A stretch of 64,000 bases of DNA, from contig JAJCZU010000006.1 of NCBI GenBank assembly GCA_029262235.1, positions 10,934 through 74,933 on the forward strand. The letters are read 5' to 3'. This document shows, in pieces, positions 48,062 through 57,295 of the stretch (the stretch's first letter is position 1; each line of letters begins with the position of its first letter). A program made the position numbers and the translations under genes. The notes beneath the pieces are model-generated. The model was not told the DNA's origin and did not search any database. It was given only the letters and a program-made list of their open reading frames with translations. Origin of the DNA: Candidatus Eiseniibacteriota bacterium. GTDB lineage: Bacteria; Orphanbacterota; Orphanbacteria; Orphanbacterales; Orphanbacteraceae.

Positions 48062-48831
48062 GACTCGCGTACGGGGAAGATCTCGCGTGGGTGCACCATG
48101 ACGGCTTCGGGGCCTTTGCGCGACAATCGGCGCCGGGCCTGCTCGCCCATCTGCGCGACGCGGGGATCGACGGGGGGCGTGTGATCGATCTCGGGTGCGG
48201 CAGCGGGATCTGGGCGGCTGCTCTCGGCCGCGCCGGTTACGATGCCTGCGGAATCGATTCTTCGCGGCACATGATCGCGCTCGCAGGGAAAGTCGCCCCC
48301 GCCGCGACGTTCGTGAACGAGTCGCTCTGGAGCGCGGAGCTTCCCCGATGCCGTGCGGTGACTTCGCTCGGCGAATGCGTCAACTTCCTGTTCGACGGCA
48401 GAAAGGACGCGCGGGCGATGCGCGCATTCTTCCGGCGCGTGTATGCCGCGCTCGACCCGGGCGGTCTCTTCGCGTTCGACTTCGCGGAACCCGGCCGGAG
48501 CCGGGGCGGATACCGCGGGTTTACCGAGGGCGCGGACTGGAGCATTCAGTACGACGTGAGCGAGAACGCGCGGCGCACGGAGCTCACACGCCGGATCGTC
48601 GTTTTTCGAAAAGCGGGCGATTCCTGGCGACGGAGCGAGGAGACGCACAAGCTCCGCCTGTTCCGTGCCCCCGACCTCGCGGATCGATTGCGCGAGGCCG
48701 GGTTTCGGGTTCGGATCGTGCGCGGCTACGGCGAGTTCCGCTTTCCGCCGGCCTACGCCGCGATCCTTGCACGAAAGCCGTCGAAAGGGGGCGGTCCCGC
48801 GCGCCCCGATGCTGTAGGATGCGAAGTATGA
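48058..48831 (+). CDS. Class I SAM-dependent methyltransferase, second tandem copy
   Basis: GTG 48058 overlapping upstream stop; motif I VIDLGCGSGIWAAAL; GIDSS.HMIALA; post-I acidic residue. Confidence 0.7.
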   Translation: MRLAYGEDLAWVHHDGFGAFARQSAPGLLAHLRDAGIDGGRVIDLGCGSGIWAAALGRAGYDACGIDSSRHMIALAGKVAPAATFVNESLWSAELPRCRAVTSLGECVNFLFDGRKDARAMRAFFRRVYAALDPGGLFAFDFAEPGRSRGGYRGFTEGADWSIQYDVSENARRTELTRRIVVFRKAGDSWRRSEETHKLRLFRAPDLADRLREAGFRVRIVRGYGEFRFPPAYAAILARKPSKGGGPARPDAVGCEV

Positions 48832-49322
48832 AACTACGCACAATCATGGTGTCCGGCCGGGAGCGAGACCTCGCGTTCGCATGGAACGAACAGTTCGCGC
48901 CCCACGTCGGCGCACTGACACGTTCCGCATTCGAAGAGCTTCTCGATCGAGCAGGGGGCGCGCTGTTCATCGAACACGATGGCGTCGTCGCCGGCTTTCT
49001 CGTTACGTTTCGTGAAGGGGCCGAGTACGAGAGCGAGAACTACCGCTACTTCGACGCGAAGTACGATTCGTTTCTCTACATCGACAGAATCGTCATCGCC
49101 GCGTCGTTTCAGCGACAGGGGATCGGACGCGCCGTGTACGAAGAGCTGGCACGCATGGCACGGGAAGAGGGCATCGCGATGATCGCGTGCGAAGTGAACG
49201 TAAACCCGCCGAATCCGGATTCGTCCGCATTTCACGAAAGTCTCGGTTTTCGTGAAGTCGGAAAACAGGATACGTGCGGCGGGGAGAAGACGGTTGCTCT
49301 GCTCGTGAAAGACTGCAGGTGA
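48828..49322 (+). CDS. GNAT-family N-acetyltransferase
   Basis: ATG 48828 overlapping the MTase stop (ATGA); acetyl-CoA-binding motif A QRQGIGRAVYEELARMA; 164 aa. Confidence 0.7.
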   Translation: MKLRTIMVSGRERDLAFAWNEQFAPHVGALTRSAFEELLDRAGGALFIEHDGVVAGFLVTFREGAEYESENYRYFDAKYDSFLYIDRIVIAASFQRQGIGRAVYEELARMAREEGIAMIACEVNVNPPNPDSSAFHESLGFREVGKQDTCGGEKTVALLVKDCR

Positions 49323-49338
49323 CGAGAGAGACACGCGC

Positions 49339-50118
49339 ATGATTACGCTGACGGAGAAACCCGGTTTCACGCTCGTTCGCATGGACGACGGAAAAGCCAA
49401 CGCGATGAGCCTCGCGTTCTGCGAGCAGCTCACGGAAACGATGCGCGCCGCCGAAGCCGCGAAACAGCCGGTCGTTCTGACGGGCGCGGGGCGCATCTTC
49501 TCGGCCGGCGTCGACCTGCCGCTTCTCGTGCGCGAAGGCGAAGAGTACGTGCGCGCGTTTCTTCCGGCGCTCGACCTCTCGTTCAGCGCGGTGGCATTCG
49601 CGTCCGTGCCCGTGATCGCCGCCGTAAACGGACACGCGATCGCCGGCGGATGCGTGCTCACGTGCGCGTGTGACTATCGCATTCTGATCGATCGGGGCGC
49701 GAGCATCGGCGTTCCCGAACTGCGCGTCGGCGTCCCGTTTCCGCATCTCCCGTTCGAGATCATGCGCGCGCGCGTTGCGCCGGAACACTTCCGCGAAGTC
49801 ATGCTGCTCGGAAAGAACTACGAGCCATCCGCTGCACTTGGGCTTGGACTTGTCGACGCCCTGGCGCCCGGTTCGACCCTTCTGGAAACGGCAGAAGGTG
49901 TAGCGCGCCAGCTCGGTTCGGTGCCGGCTGCCACGTTTCGTTTTACGAAGGAGCAGCTCCTGGCGCCGCTCCGCGCCAGGCTTCAGGAGGCTGCGCAGGG
50001 AGATGACGAACCGCTGACGCTCTGGACGAGCCCGGCGGTCACGGCCGCGATCACGGCTTTCATCGAAACCACGATTCGGGGGAACGCCCGCCCCCGGAGC
50101 ACCGAAGAGACTGTTTGA
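49339..50118 (+). CDS. Enoyl-CoA hydratase/isomerase (crotonase) family protein
   Basis: Crotonase fold motifs: KANAMS, VVLTGAGRIFSAGVDL, AAVNGHAIAGGCVLTCACD.RI. Confidence 0.8.
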   Translation: MITLTEKPGFTLVRMDDGKANAMSLAFCEQLTETMRAAEAAKQPVVLTGAGRIFSAGVDLPLLVREGEEYVRAFLPALDLSFSAVAFASVPVIAAVNGHAIAGGCVLTCACDYRILIDRGASIGVPELRVGVPFPHLPFEIMRARVAPEHFREVMLLGKNYEPSAALGLGLVDALAPGSTLLETAEGVARQLGSVPAATFRFTKEQLLAPLRARLQEAAQGDDEPLTLWTSPAVTAAITAFIETTIRGNARPRSTEETV

Positions 50119-50153
50119 CGCACCACGCACGACAACGTGCGGGAGGACTATCG

Positions 50154-50528
50154 ATGGCAGAAGGAAAGAACGTACTCGGCGGTGATCTCGCTCCCTGCTC
50201 GAAGGATCCGCTCACGGGGTTCTATCGCGACGGGTGCTGTCGCACCGGCCCGGAAGACTACGGTCTTCACATTGTCTGCACGCGCGTGACCGACGAGTTC
50301 CTGGCGTTCTCGAAGCGGACCGGCAATGATCTCAGCACGCCGATGCCGCAGTACGGGTTTCCCGGACTGAAGGACGGCGACCAATGGTGCGTGTGCGCGG
50401 AACGCTGGAAGGAAGCGTACGACGCGGGTGTCGCCGCGCCGGTCGTGCTCGAAGCAACGCATGTTTCGGCGCTCGAGTTCGTTTCACTCGACGCGCTCAA
50501 GAAGAACGCCGCGAAAGGATCGTCGTGA
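50154..50528 (+). CDS. DUF2237-family Cys-rich protein
   Basis: RBS GGGAGGA then ATG 50154; GFYRDGCCRTGPEDYGLHIVCTRVTDEFLAFSKRTGNDLSTP...GDQWCVCAERW matches DUF2237. Confidence 0.7.
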   Translation: MAEGKNVLGGDLAPCSKDPLTGFYRDGCCRTGPEDYGLHIVCTRVTDEFLAFSKRTGNDLSTPMPQYGFPGLKDGDQWCVCAERWKEAYDAGVAAPVVLEATHVSALEFVSLDALKKNAAKGSS

Positions 50529-51049
50529 TGGATCTCAAAGCCGTCATCAGCGAGCTCGAACGAAACGGCGCGGCGATCGAAGCGGCATACGAAGGAATTT
50601 CGAGCGACGGCGTACGCTGGAAGCCGAGCGAGAAGAAGTGGTCCCTTCTCGAAGTTCTCTGTCATCTCGCCGATGAAGAGAAGCGCGACTTTCGCACGCG
50701 CGTTCGCGTGACCCTCGAAAGCACGGACGAGAAATGGCCCCCGATCGACCCCGAAGGGTGGGTGACCGAGTTTCGCTACAACGAACAGGACCTGGACGCG
50801 GTGATGACACGCTTTCGCGAAGAGCGTGCGGAGTCGCTGCGATGGCTGCGGTCTCTGAAGAAGCCCGACTGGGAAATCGCATATGAACATCCGGCTCTCG
50901 GGCCGCTGCGCGCGGGAGACCTGCTGGCTTCCTGGGCCGCGCACGACCTGTTGCACCTGAAGCAGATCGCGCACACGAAGGCCATGCTTCTCGCCCATGA
51001 AAGCAAACCGTTCTCTGTGCGTTACGCGGACCCCTCTCTGGGCGATTGA
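50528..51049 (+). CDS. DinB-superfamily (DinB_2-like) protein
   Basis: ATG 50528 overlapping the upstream TGA by 1 nt; conserved His pattern (LLEVLCHLADEE ... AAHDLLHLKQIAH). Confidence 0.5.
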   Translation: MDLKAVISELERNGAAIEAAYEGISSDGVRWKPSEKKWSLLEVLCHLADEEKRDFRTRVRVTLESTDEKWPPIDPEGWVTEFRYNEQDLDAVMTRFREERAESLRWLRSLKKPDWEIAYEHPALGPLRAGDLLASWAAHDLLHLKQIAHTKAMLLAHESKPFSVRYADPSLGD

Positions 51050-51175
51050 CCCGTGAAGCACCCGGCGGTCGTGGCCTTCACCCTGCAGCGTGTTTACGCT
51101 CAGCTTCCGTCCGCCGATCTGGTAGAGTGGCTGCATACCTTTTCAATCTGAGATACGACATCCGCGGGGGAAAAC

Positions 51176-53068
51176 ATGCCGAATCGACTGATCGCACATG
51201 TACTGATTGCACCACTACTGCTGGTTTCACTGCTGATCGGAGCGTCGCGGGCGGAAGCCGTTGTCGATCCGAACGGTGGTTTCGGGGGCGGGCCGCTCGC
51301 CGGGACTCTGAACGTGCAGGTCATCGACGGTCTGACCGGGGCGCCGATCGAAGGCGCGTTCTGCCAGGTCGGCGAGGCGCCGGGATCGCCGTTCGCCGGG
51401 AACCTCGGCTTCACGGATGCGGGCGGAAACGTGACCTTCACCGACACGGCGCTCACCGGACCGCAGACCGTGACCGCAGGGAAGAGCGGGTACAACTACT
51501 TTACCGTGTTCGATATCGACGCGAACACGATGATCCTTCCCATCATTCTTTACGACGACGAACCCCAGAAGTCCGTGTACGACGGCGTTGTGAACGGAAT
51601 CAACTTTGTGAACAACGACGGCAACTTCGATCTTGCAATCGTGCTACCCACGATCGGAATCGGCGACATCACGAGCCTCGCGAACTTCGGCGCATTTTCT
51701 CCCATCGTCCTCGATACGTTTCCGCTGATCGGCGAGACGGGAGTCCCCGGCATTCTTTACATGCCGCTCCAGGTCGAATTCCTGTTCGTTGCGGTCGATC
51801 GCACGCCTTACTTCATCAATCTCCAGACGAATACGACGCAGGATCTCTTCGCGCTGAACGGACGGATTCCGACGAGCGTGCTGCTCGACGGTCTTGGTGG
51901 CGAAGAGCTCGACTTCCTGGCGCTTGCTCAGGACTTCAATCTGCGCGAATTCGGAATCGTCGAGGGGGTGAACGTTACCGGCGATGCGAGCGGCGTCGAC
52001 ATCGAGCTGACGGCGGACGATGTGCGCGATACGTATATCGACGTCCAGAATACGCTGCCCGGCTTCGACGTGTTCGCGATCGAGGTCGGCGATCTTGACG
52101 GCCTTACGGGACTGGGACGGCTCGTCATGGCCGGTTTCGCCGCGTTCGAAGGCGGTACGAACGAGCTCGTTGAAGTCACCACGATCGAACCGCTCGGCCC
52201 GTTTGCAGGGATGGACTACTTCGCGGGCGCCGTGCAGAACGACACGATCGAGGGGCGGGCGAATTCGTTCGCCTCGGACCGCACGAGCCGCGCGCCCGGA
52301 GACACGGCGACGGTGACCGACTTCTTCCTGCCGCCGCAGCCCGATCTGCTCGGCCCGACTTTCTCCTGGAACTCGGTGGAGAATCCCGGCATCACGGGCG
52401 CCGCCGATCTCTACCAGTCGACGATCACGCTGGTTACGACCGTTCCCGACACGACGCCGGGCGCGGATCCGCAGGTCGACACGCTCGACCTCGCCACGAC
52501 GCTCTGGGAATTCGTGATGACCGGAAGCGACACGGATTTCACGATTCCGGCTCTCGGGCCGAACATCCTGCCCGGGCTCGTCGATCCCGGTGCCACGCCC
52601 GAGAAGGACCGGCTGACTTTCAACATTTTCGGCCTCGGGCTCGGAATGAATCCTTCGTTCGATTTCAACGAGTTCGATCTCGTCGACCGCGCGATCGACG
52701 CCACACAGATTGCGTGGAACAGCGCGACGTTTCTCGATTTCCCCGAAGAACTCTGGACATCGGTCCCCGGCGGGCGCGATCGTGACGCGATTCGCGTCCT
52801 GAGCGGTGCGCGGCCGAACCCGTTCCGCGGCGAAACCGTTCTGCTGCTGAATCTCGGCGCGAACGAGGGGCGCTTCGATCTCGAAGTCTTCAACATTGCA
52901 GGGCGGCGCGTGCGCACGCTTCTCTCCGGCGCGAGCGGTTCGGGCGAAATGACCGTGACCTGGGACGGGATGGACGCAGGCGGCAGGCGCGTGCCGGCCG
53001 GCAGCTACTTCCTGCGGCTCAGCGATGGGGAACGGGTGTATTCGACGAAAGTAGTGAAGACGCGATAG
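51176..53068 (+). CDS. Secreted protein with N-terminal carboxypeptidase-regulatory-like domain and type IX secretion C-terminal sorting domain
   Basis: Signal peptide MPNRLIAHVLIAPLLLVSLLIGASRAEA; LNVQVIDGLTGAPIEGAFCQVGE...GNVTFTD...GPQTVTAGKSGYNYFTV is a CarboxypepD_reg-like Ig fold; C-terminal ~85 aa (ARPNPFRGETVLLLNL.....FDLEVFNIAGRRVRTL.......G...V.WDG.D..GRRVPAGSYFLRL.....V.S.KVVK) is Por_Secre_tail-like. Confidence 0.65.
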   Translation: MPNRLIAHVLIAPLLLVSLLIGASRAEAVVDPNGGFGGGPLAGTLNVQVIDGLTGAPIEGAFCQVGEAPGSPFAGNLGFTDAGGNVTFTDTALTGPQTVTAGKSGYNYFTVFDIDANTMILPIILYDDEPQKSVYDGVVNGINFVNNDGNFDLAIVLPTIGIGDITSLANFGAFSPIVLDTFPLIGETGVPGILYMPLQVEFLFVAVDRTPYFINLQTNTTQDLFALNGRIPTSVLLDGLGGEELDFLALAQDFNLREFGIVEGVNVTGDASGVDIELTADDVRDTYIDVQNTLPGFDVFAIEVGDLDGLTGLGRLVMAGFAAFEGGTNELVEVTTIEPLGPFAGMDYFAGAVQNDTIEGRANSFASDRTSRAPGDTATVTDFFLPPQPDLLGPTFSWNSVENPGITGAADLYQSTITLVTTVPDTTPGADPQVDTLDLATTLWEFVMTGSDTDFTIPALGPNILPGLVDPGATPEKDRLTFNIFGLGLGMNPSFDFNEFDLVDRAIDATQIAWNSATFLDFPEELWTSVPGGRDRDAIRVLSGARPNPFRGETVLLLNLGANEGRFDLEVFNIAGRRVRTLLSGASGSGEMTVTWDGMDAGGRRVPAGSYFLRLSDGERVYSTKVVKTR

Positions 53069-53105
53069 GGGTGGGGTTCGCTCTGATGCGCGATGCGTGC
53101 GTGCG

Positions 53106-53145
53106 GAAGCCGGGGCGCGCGTCGGCGCGATCCCTGGCTGAGCGG
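53106..53145 (+). repeat. 40-bp direct repeat, copy A (GAAGCCGGGGCGCGCGTCGGCGCGATCCCTGGCTGAGCGG)
   Basis: 39/40 identity with copy B at 53349..53388; both lie in the 346-bp intergenic region between the T9SS-cargo gene and the LysE gene. Confidence 0.8.
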
Positions 53146-53348
53146 CCTTTGATGGAGGAGGCGGATGGGGATACCGTACGCTGACTTCTGTTGCTGTCGT
53201 GTCAGTTTCGCGGCTGTGCGCCGAAAGGCCTTTTCAGCCAAGGTTGGTCTCGCTTGCCGCGCGCCCCGGCTTTCCGCACGCACGCCTCAGAAGTCGGAGT
53301 CCGGGGGGGCGGCGAGTCGGATCGGAAGTCGGAAAAGAAGTCGGAAAA

Positions 53349-53388
53349 GAAGCCGGAGCGCGCGTCGGCGCGATCCCTGGCTGAGCGG
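53349..53388 (+). repeat. 40-bp direct repeat, copy B
   Basis: GAAGCCGGAGCGCGCGTCGGCGCGATCCCTGGCTGAGCGG; preceded by an array of GAAG(T/C)CGGA motifs (53290-53357) at ~12-bp spacing. Confidence 0.8.
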
Positions 53389-53414
53389 GCTCACAATGTC
53401 GTAGAATCGGCCGC

Positions 53415-54017
53415 ATGCATTTCGACCTCACAGCCACACTCGTGTTCATATTCGTCACGACTTTCACCCCGGGTCCCAACAACATTTTGAGCGCTTCGAT
53501 GGGCGCGCTCTATGGCTATCGCCGCACGCTGCCGTTCCTGTTCGGGGTGGTGTGCGGGTTCGTGATCGTCATGACGCTCTCCGCCACTCTTTCGACGGCG
53601 CTCAGGAGTGTTCTGCCGGCCGCGGCGCCGGTCATGCGGTATCTTGGCGCGGCCTACATTCTCTGGCTGGCGTTCGGTATCTATCGAAGCAGCGGCGCGC
53701 TTCTCGCGCCACGTGTGGACGCCAGGCCGCTCCCTTTTCTGACCGGTCTCACGCTGCAGTTCGTCAATCCGAAGGGCGTGTTCTTCGGGCTCACGATCTA
53801 TTCCACTTTTCTTGCGCCGCTTTCGAATGATTTCCGGCTGCTTCTCCTGGCGCCGTTTGCGATCGCGCCGGTCACGTTCGCCGGGATCTCGACCTGGGCG
53901 CTGGGTGGGCAGGCCATTCGCGGCTGGATCGACTCTCCCGCAAAAGCCAGAATCGTGGGGATCATTCTGGCGCTCTCTCTGGCGTACACGGCGCTCGATG
54001 TACTGGGAGTGATCTAG
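53415..54017 (+). CDS. LysE/RhtB-family amino-acid exporter
   Basis: 200 aa, 6 TM helices; N-terminal FTPGPNN motif typical of LysE/RhtB translocators. Confidence 0.8.
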   Translation: MHFDLTATLVFIFVTTFTPGPNNILSASMGALYGYRRTLPFLFGVVCGFVIVMTLSATLSTALRSVLPAAAPVMRYLGAAYILWLAFGIYRSSGALLAPRVDARPLPFLTGLTLQFVNPKGVFFGLTIYSTFLAPLSNDFRLLLLAPFAIAPVTFAGISTWALGGQAIRGWIDSPAKARIVGIILALSLAYTALDVLGVI

Positions 54018-54100
54018 GTCGGGGGGGCGGTACGAAGTCGGTGCAAACCGCCGGGCCTGCCCGCTCCCTCGGGGAAGGGCGCGGGAACAACCAGACCATT

Positions 54101-54895
54101 TTATTTCTCGCGCTTCTCGGCTTCTTTCGCTTCGTTCCAGTAGCCGTCCATGACTGCGAGAGAGGGCGGGTTCTTGACGTCGATGCGTTCTTCGATCGTG
54201 CGAAAACGTGAGTAAAATCTTCGGATCGAGCCGTTCAGCGCGTCTTCGGGATCGATGTCGAGATGACGCCCCAGGTTCGCGAGCGCGAAGATCAGGTCGC
54301 CGAGTTCTTCCTGCATGCGATCGCGGTCGCCCGCTTTCACTTCATCCGTGAACTCTTTCAGCTCCTCGTGAATCTTGTCGACGACGGGGTCGACGTCGGG
54401 CCAGTCGAAACCGATGCTCGCGGCCTTCTGTGTGATGCGGCGCGCGCGCAGCAGCGCGGGGAGCGACGCGGGGATACCGTCGAGAATCGACTCGCGATGT
54501 TCGTTCCCTTTTTCGGCCTTTTTCGAAGCCTCCCACGACGCCTTGAGCTCTTCTTCGGTCTTGAATTTCTGATCGCCGTAGACGTGCGGATGCCGCCGGA
54601 TCATCTTGTCGAGGATGGACTGGATCGAGTCGGCAATCGTAAAGCGTTCTTCTTCCTCGGCGATGCGCGCGAGAAACGCCGCAAGAAAAAGCGTGTCGCC
54701 GATCTCGCCGCGAAACCCTTCAAAGTTCCCCTTGCCGTACTCTTCGACCGCTTCGTGCGCCTCTTCCAGAAAGTGCGGCAGCATCGACTCGTACGTCTGC
54801 TTCTGGTCCCAGGGACAGCCCTCGGGGCTTCGCAGATGCGCCACCATTTCGACCAGCTCGCCGAAGAGCTCGGCGGCGCGTTCTTTCGTGCTCAT
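54101..54895 (-). CDS. mazG: Nucleoside triphosphate pyrophosphohydrolase MazG
   Basis: Start at the internal ATG (MSTKERAAEL...) of ORF 54101..54955; tandem MazG domains with LRSPEGCPWD, EEAHEAVE, IRRHPHVYG, then ELGDLIFALANL. Confidence 0.85.
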   Translation of the reverse strand: MSTKERAAELFGELVEMVAHLRSPEGCPWDQKQTYESMLPHFLEEAHEAVEEYGKGNFEGFRGEIGDTLFLAAFLARIAEEEERFTIADSIQSILDKMIRRHPHVYGDQKFKTEEELKASWEASKKAEKGNEHRESILDGIPASLPALLRARRITQKAASIGFDWPDVDPVVDKIHEELKEFTDEVKAGDRDRMQEELGDLIFALANLGRHLDIDPEDALNGSIRRFYSRFRTIEERIDVKNPPSLAVMDGYWNEAKEAEKREK

Positions 54896-55011
54896 GATTC
54901 GCGTGACCTCCGTGATCACGCGAGAATAGCACAGCGACTGTATTGTGGAGTGCATCCGCCGTGGCTCAGGTCCGGCTGGATCCGGCTGGGTCCTGTTCGC
55001 TCCGGCTCACC

Positions 55012-56208
55012 TCAGGCGGAAACCGAGTCGGCGGGGTCTTTCGGCAGCGTGATGCTCAGCACTTTGAACCCGATGAGCCCGGCCACGATCGAACCGCCGA
55101 ACACGCCGAACCGGGTGGCGGCGGCGTACTCGGGAGCGGCGCCTTCGAACGCGAGCATGCCGATGAAGAGGCTCATCGTGAAACCGACGCCGGTCAGGAT
55201 GCTGACACCGAAGAGCGATCCCCACGATGTCCCCTTCGGGAGACTCGCGATTCGGGTCACGATGGCGAGAGCCGAGAAACCGAACACGCCGAGCGTCTTT
55301 CCGATCAGAAGGCCGCCCGCGATTCCGAGCGAGACGGGGCCGAACAGAACGTCGGCGCCGATTCCACGGAAACTCACGCCCGAGTTCACGAAGGCGAACA
55401 GCGGCAGGATCATGAACGCGACGTAGGGATGCAGCAGGTGTTCGAGCCTTCGCAGGGGAGAATGGCCATCCGCGTCCGTGGCGCGGAGCGGAATCGCGAA
55501 CCCGAGTGAAACGCCCGCGATCGTGGCGTGCACCCCCGATTTCAGGACGCAGACCCAGATGATGGCGCCAACGAGAAGATAGACGCCGAGATGTGTCACG
55601 CGCCGTCGGTTCAAGATCGCGAGAACGACCATGCCTATCGTGCCGAGCGAGAACGCGAGGAGCGAGAGCTTGCTCGTATAGAACAGGGCGATGATGCCGA
55701 TCGCGCCGAGGTCGTCGACGACGGCGACCGCGGTCAGAAAAACTTTCAGCGCGATCGGCACGCGTTTCCCGAGCATGGAAAGAATGCCGAGCGAGAACGC
55801 GATGTCGGTCGCGGCCGGAATGGCCCAGCCGGCCCGGCCCACCGGATCGTCCTGCGTGAACCAGAGGAAAATGAGCGCCGGGATCGCGACGCCCCCGATC
55901 GCGGCGACGACAGGAAGCGTCATCTGCCTGCGATCGGACAGTTCGCCGTCGAGGATCTCGCGTTTGATCTCGAGTCCGACGAGTAGAAAGAAGATTGCCA
56001 TGAGCCCGTCATTCACGATCAGCAGAAAGTTCTTGTTCAGTTCGAGTGCGCCGAGTCTGACTTCGATCGGAACGTCGAGCAGCAGCTGATACCAGCGCGC
56101 CACTCCCGGCACGTTGGCGCAGACGAGTGCGGCCGCTGCCGCGATCATGAGCAGAATCCCGCTCGCGGACTGGAGCTTCAGAAAACTCTGGATGGTGCGA
56201 ACCGGCAT
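55012..56208 (-). CDS. nhaA: Na+/H+ antiporter NhaA
   Basis: Start at ATG 56208 (MPVRTIQSFLKLQSASGILLMIAAAAAL...); the upstream Arg-rich ORF extension is rejected; NhaA signature blocks (LLVGLEIKREILDGELS, IPAATDIAFSLG, AVVDDLGAI). Confidence 0.85.
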   Translation of the reverse strand: MPVRTIQSFLKLQSASGILLMIAAAAALVCANVPGVARWYQLLLDVPIEVRLGALELNKNFLLIVNDGLMAIFFLLVGLEIKREILDGELSDRRQMTLPVVAAIGGVAIPALIFLWFTQDDPVGRAGWAIPAATDIAFSLGILSMLGKRVPIALKVFLTAVAVVDDLGAIGIIALFYTSKLSLLAFSLGTIGMVVLAILNRRRVTHLGVYLLVGAIIWVCVLKSGVHATIAGVSLGFAIPLRATDADGHSPLRRLEHLLHPYVAFMILPLFAFVNSGVSFRGIGADVLFGPVSLGIAGGLLIGKTLGVFGFSALAIVTRIASLPKGTSWGSLFGVSILTGVGFTMSLFIGMLAFEGAAPEYAAATRFGVFGGSIVAGLIGFKVLSITLPKDPADSVSA

Positions 56209-56243
56209 GACTTCCTTTCCATGGTAACGGCTGGTCCTTGCAG

Positions 56244-57158
56244 CTACTTGTTCGCGTTGCGTGTAAAGAGACCGTCGCGTGCGGTCTCCATGAGTTCGCG
56301 TACCGCGGGATGCTTGACTCTTCGCTCCACCGAGATCGCGAAGAACCGTTCCCGAAGTTCCGGAATCCGGCCGACGATCTGCACGCGGTACTGCCTGACG
56401 ATCTCCTCTTCGATGACGCTCGGCCCGATGAACAGTCCGACCCCGGCCTGCCCGAACACTTTGAGCAGTGCGCTGTCTTCGAATTCCCCCGTGACCTGCG
56501 GTCGAACGCCGTTCCGGTCGCACCAGGCATCGAATGCCAGGCGAAGCGCCGTATTCACCGTGGGCAGCAGGAAGGGGGCGCCGTCGAGCGACTGCGGGAA
56601 TCCCTTGCGATGCTTCGTCGCGTGGCGTTTCGCGCCGAAGACGGTGACGCCGCACGAACCGATCTCATGATTGTAAGCCTGCACTTTCACTTCGGGCGCG
56701 ATCGGGCTGTCCGAAAGCACGAGGTCGATATCGTGGACCGCAAGCCGGGCCAGCAGGTCGGTCGACTTCCCTTCGAAACAGATGATCTGGATGCCGTCGC
56801 CGAGCTTCATCGCCGGCTCGAGAAGTCGCCACGCGACGAGCTTCGGAACGACGTCCGTGATGCCGACCCGGAATCGCACCGGGCTTCCGACCGGCCTCCC
56901 CTTGACGGCATCCTGCAGTTCGCGGCCGAGCGTGAAGATCTCTTCCGCGTAACGGTAGACGAGATGCCCGGTCTCCGTCAGCACCAGTTTGCGGCCGGTG
57001 CGCGAGAAGAGCTCCGCGCCGAGGTCCTCTTCGAGGAGCTTGAGCTGCGCCGAAATCGTCGGTTGCGCGAGCCGCAGTTTCCTGCCGGCCGCCGCGATCG
57101 TCCCTTCGCGGGCGACCGTCCAGAAGTACAGCAGGTGATGGTAATTGATCCATTCCAT
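56244..57158 (-). CDS. nhaR: LysR-family transcriptional regulator, NhaR-like
   Basis: MEWINYHHLLYFWTVAREGTIAAAGRKLRLAQPTISAQLKLLEEDLG matches the NhaR N-terminal wHTH; immediately upstream of nhaA on the same strand. Confidence 0.8.
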   Translation of the reverse strand: MEWINYHHLLYFWTVAREGTIAAAGRKLRLAQPTISAQLKLLEEDLGAELFSRTGRKLVLTETGHLVYRYAEEIFTLGRELQDAVKGRPVGSPVRFRVGITDVVPKLVAWRLLEPAMKLGDGIQIICFEGKSTDLLARLAVHDIDLVLSDSPIAPEVKVQAYNHEIGSCGVTVFGAKRHATKHRKGFPQSLDGAPFLLPTVNTALRLAFDAWCDRNGVRPQVTGEFEDSALLKVFGQAGVGLFIGPSVIEEEIVRQYRVQIVGRIPELRERFFAISVERRVKHPAVRELMETARDGLFTRNANK

Positions 57159-57295
57159 GGGCACAGTATAGTTAGTTAAAACCGATGATGCCATGTTTTA
57201 TTATCTATTTTACTAACGATCGGATTTGGGCGATACTTCGTGTGTGCAAGCAAATGGTCTTCGATCCGTTCCCCTTACACAAGGAGTGCAGATTC

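Noticed and set aside
47357-48831. The two methyltransferases as a restriction-modification system
   Set aside because: Both are small class-I (small-molecule type) MTases without DNA-MTase motif IV (DPPY/SPPY) or target-recognition domains. No restriction endonuclease gene is adjacent.
55012-56655. Full 547-aa extent of the nhaA ORF, and the 54896..54955 extension of mazG
   Set aside because: The upstream 149 codons are Arg-rich with no TM helices. NhaA homology and the first TM helix begin at ATG 56208. For mazG, homology begins at the internal ATG 54895.
56238-57179. 313-aa + strand ORF opposite nhaR, and 59440..61266 + (608 aa) opposite the acetyl-CoA synthetase gene
   Set aside because: The minus-strand genes have clear NhaR and CoA-binding/ATP-grasp motifs. 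The + frames are Arg-rich artefacts.
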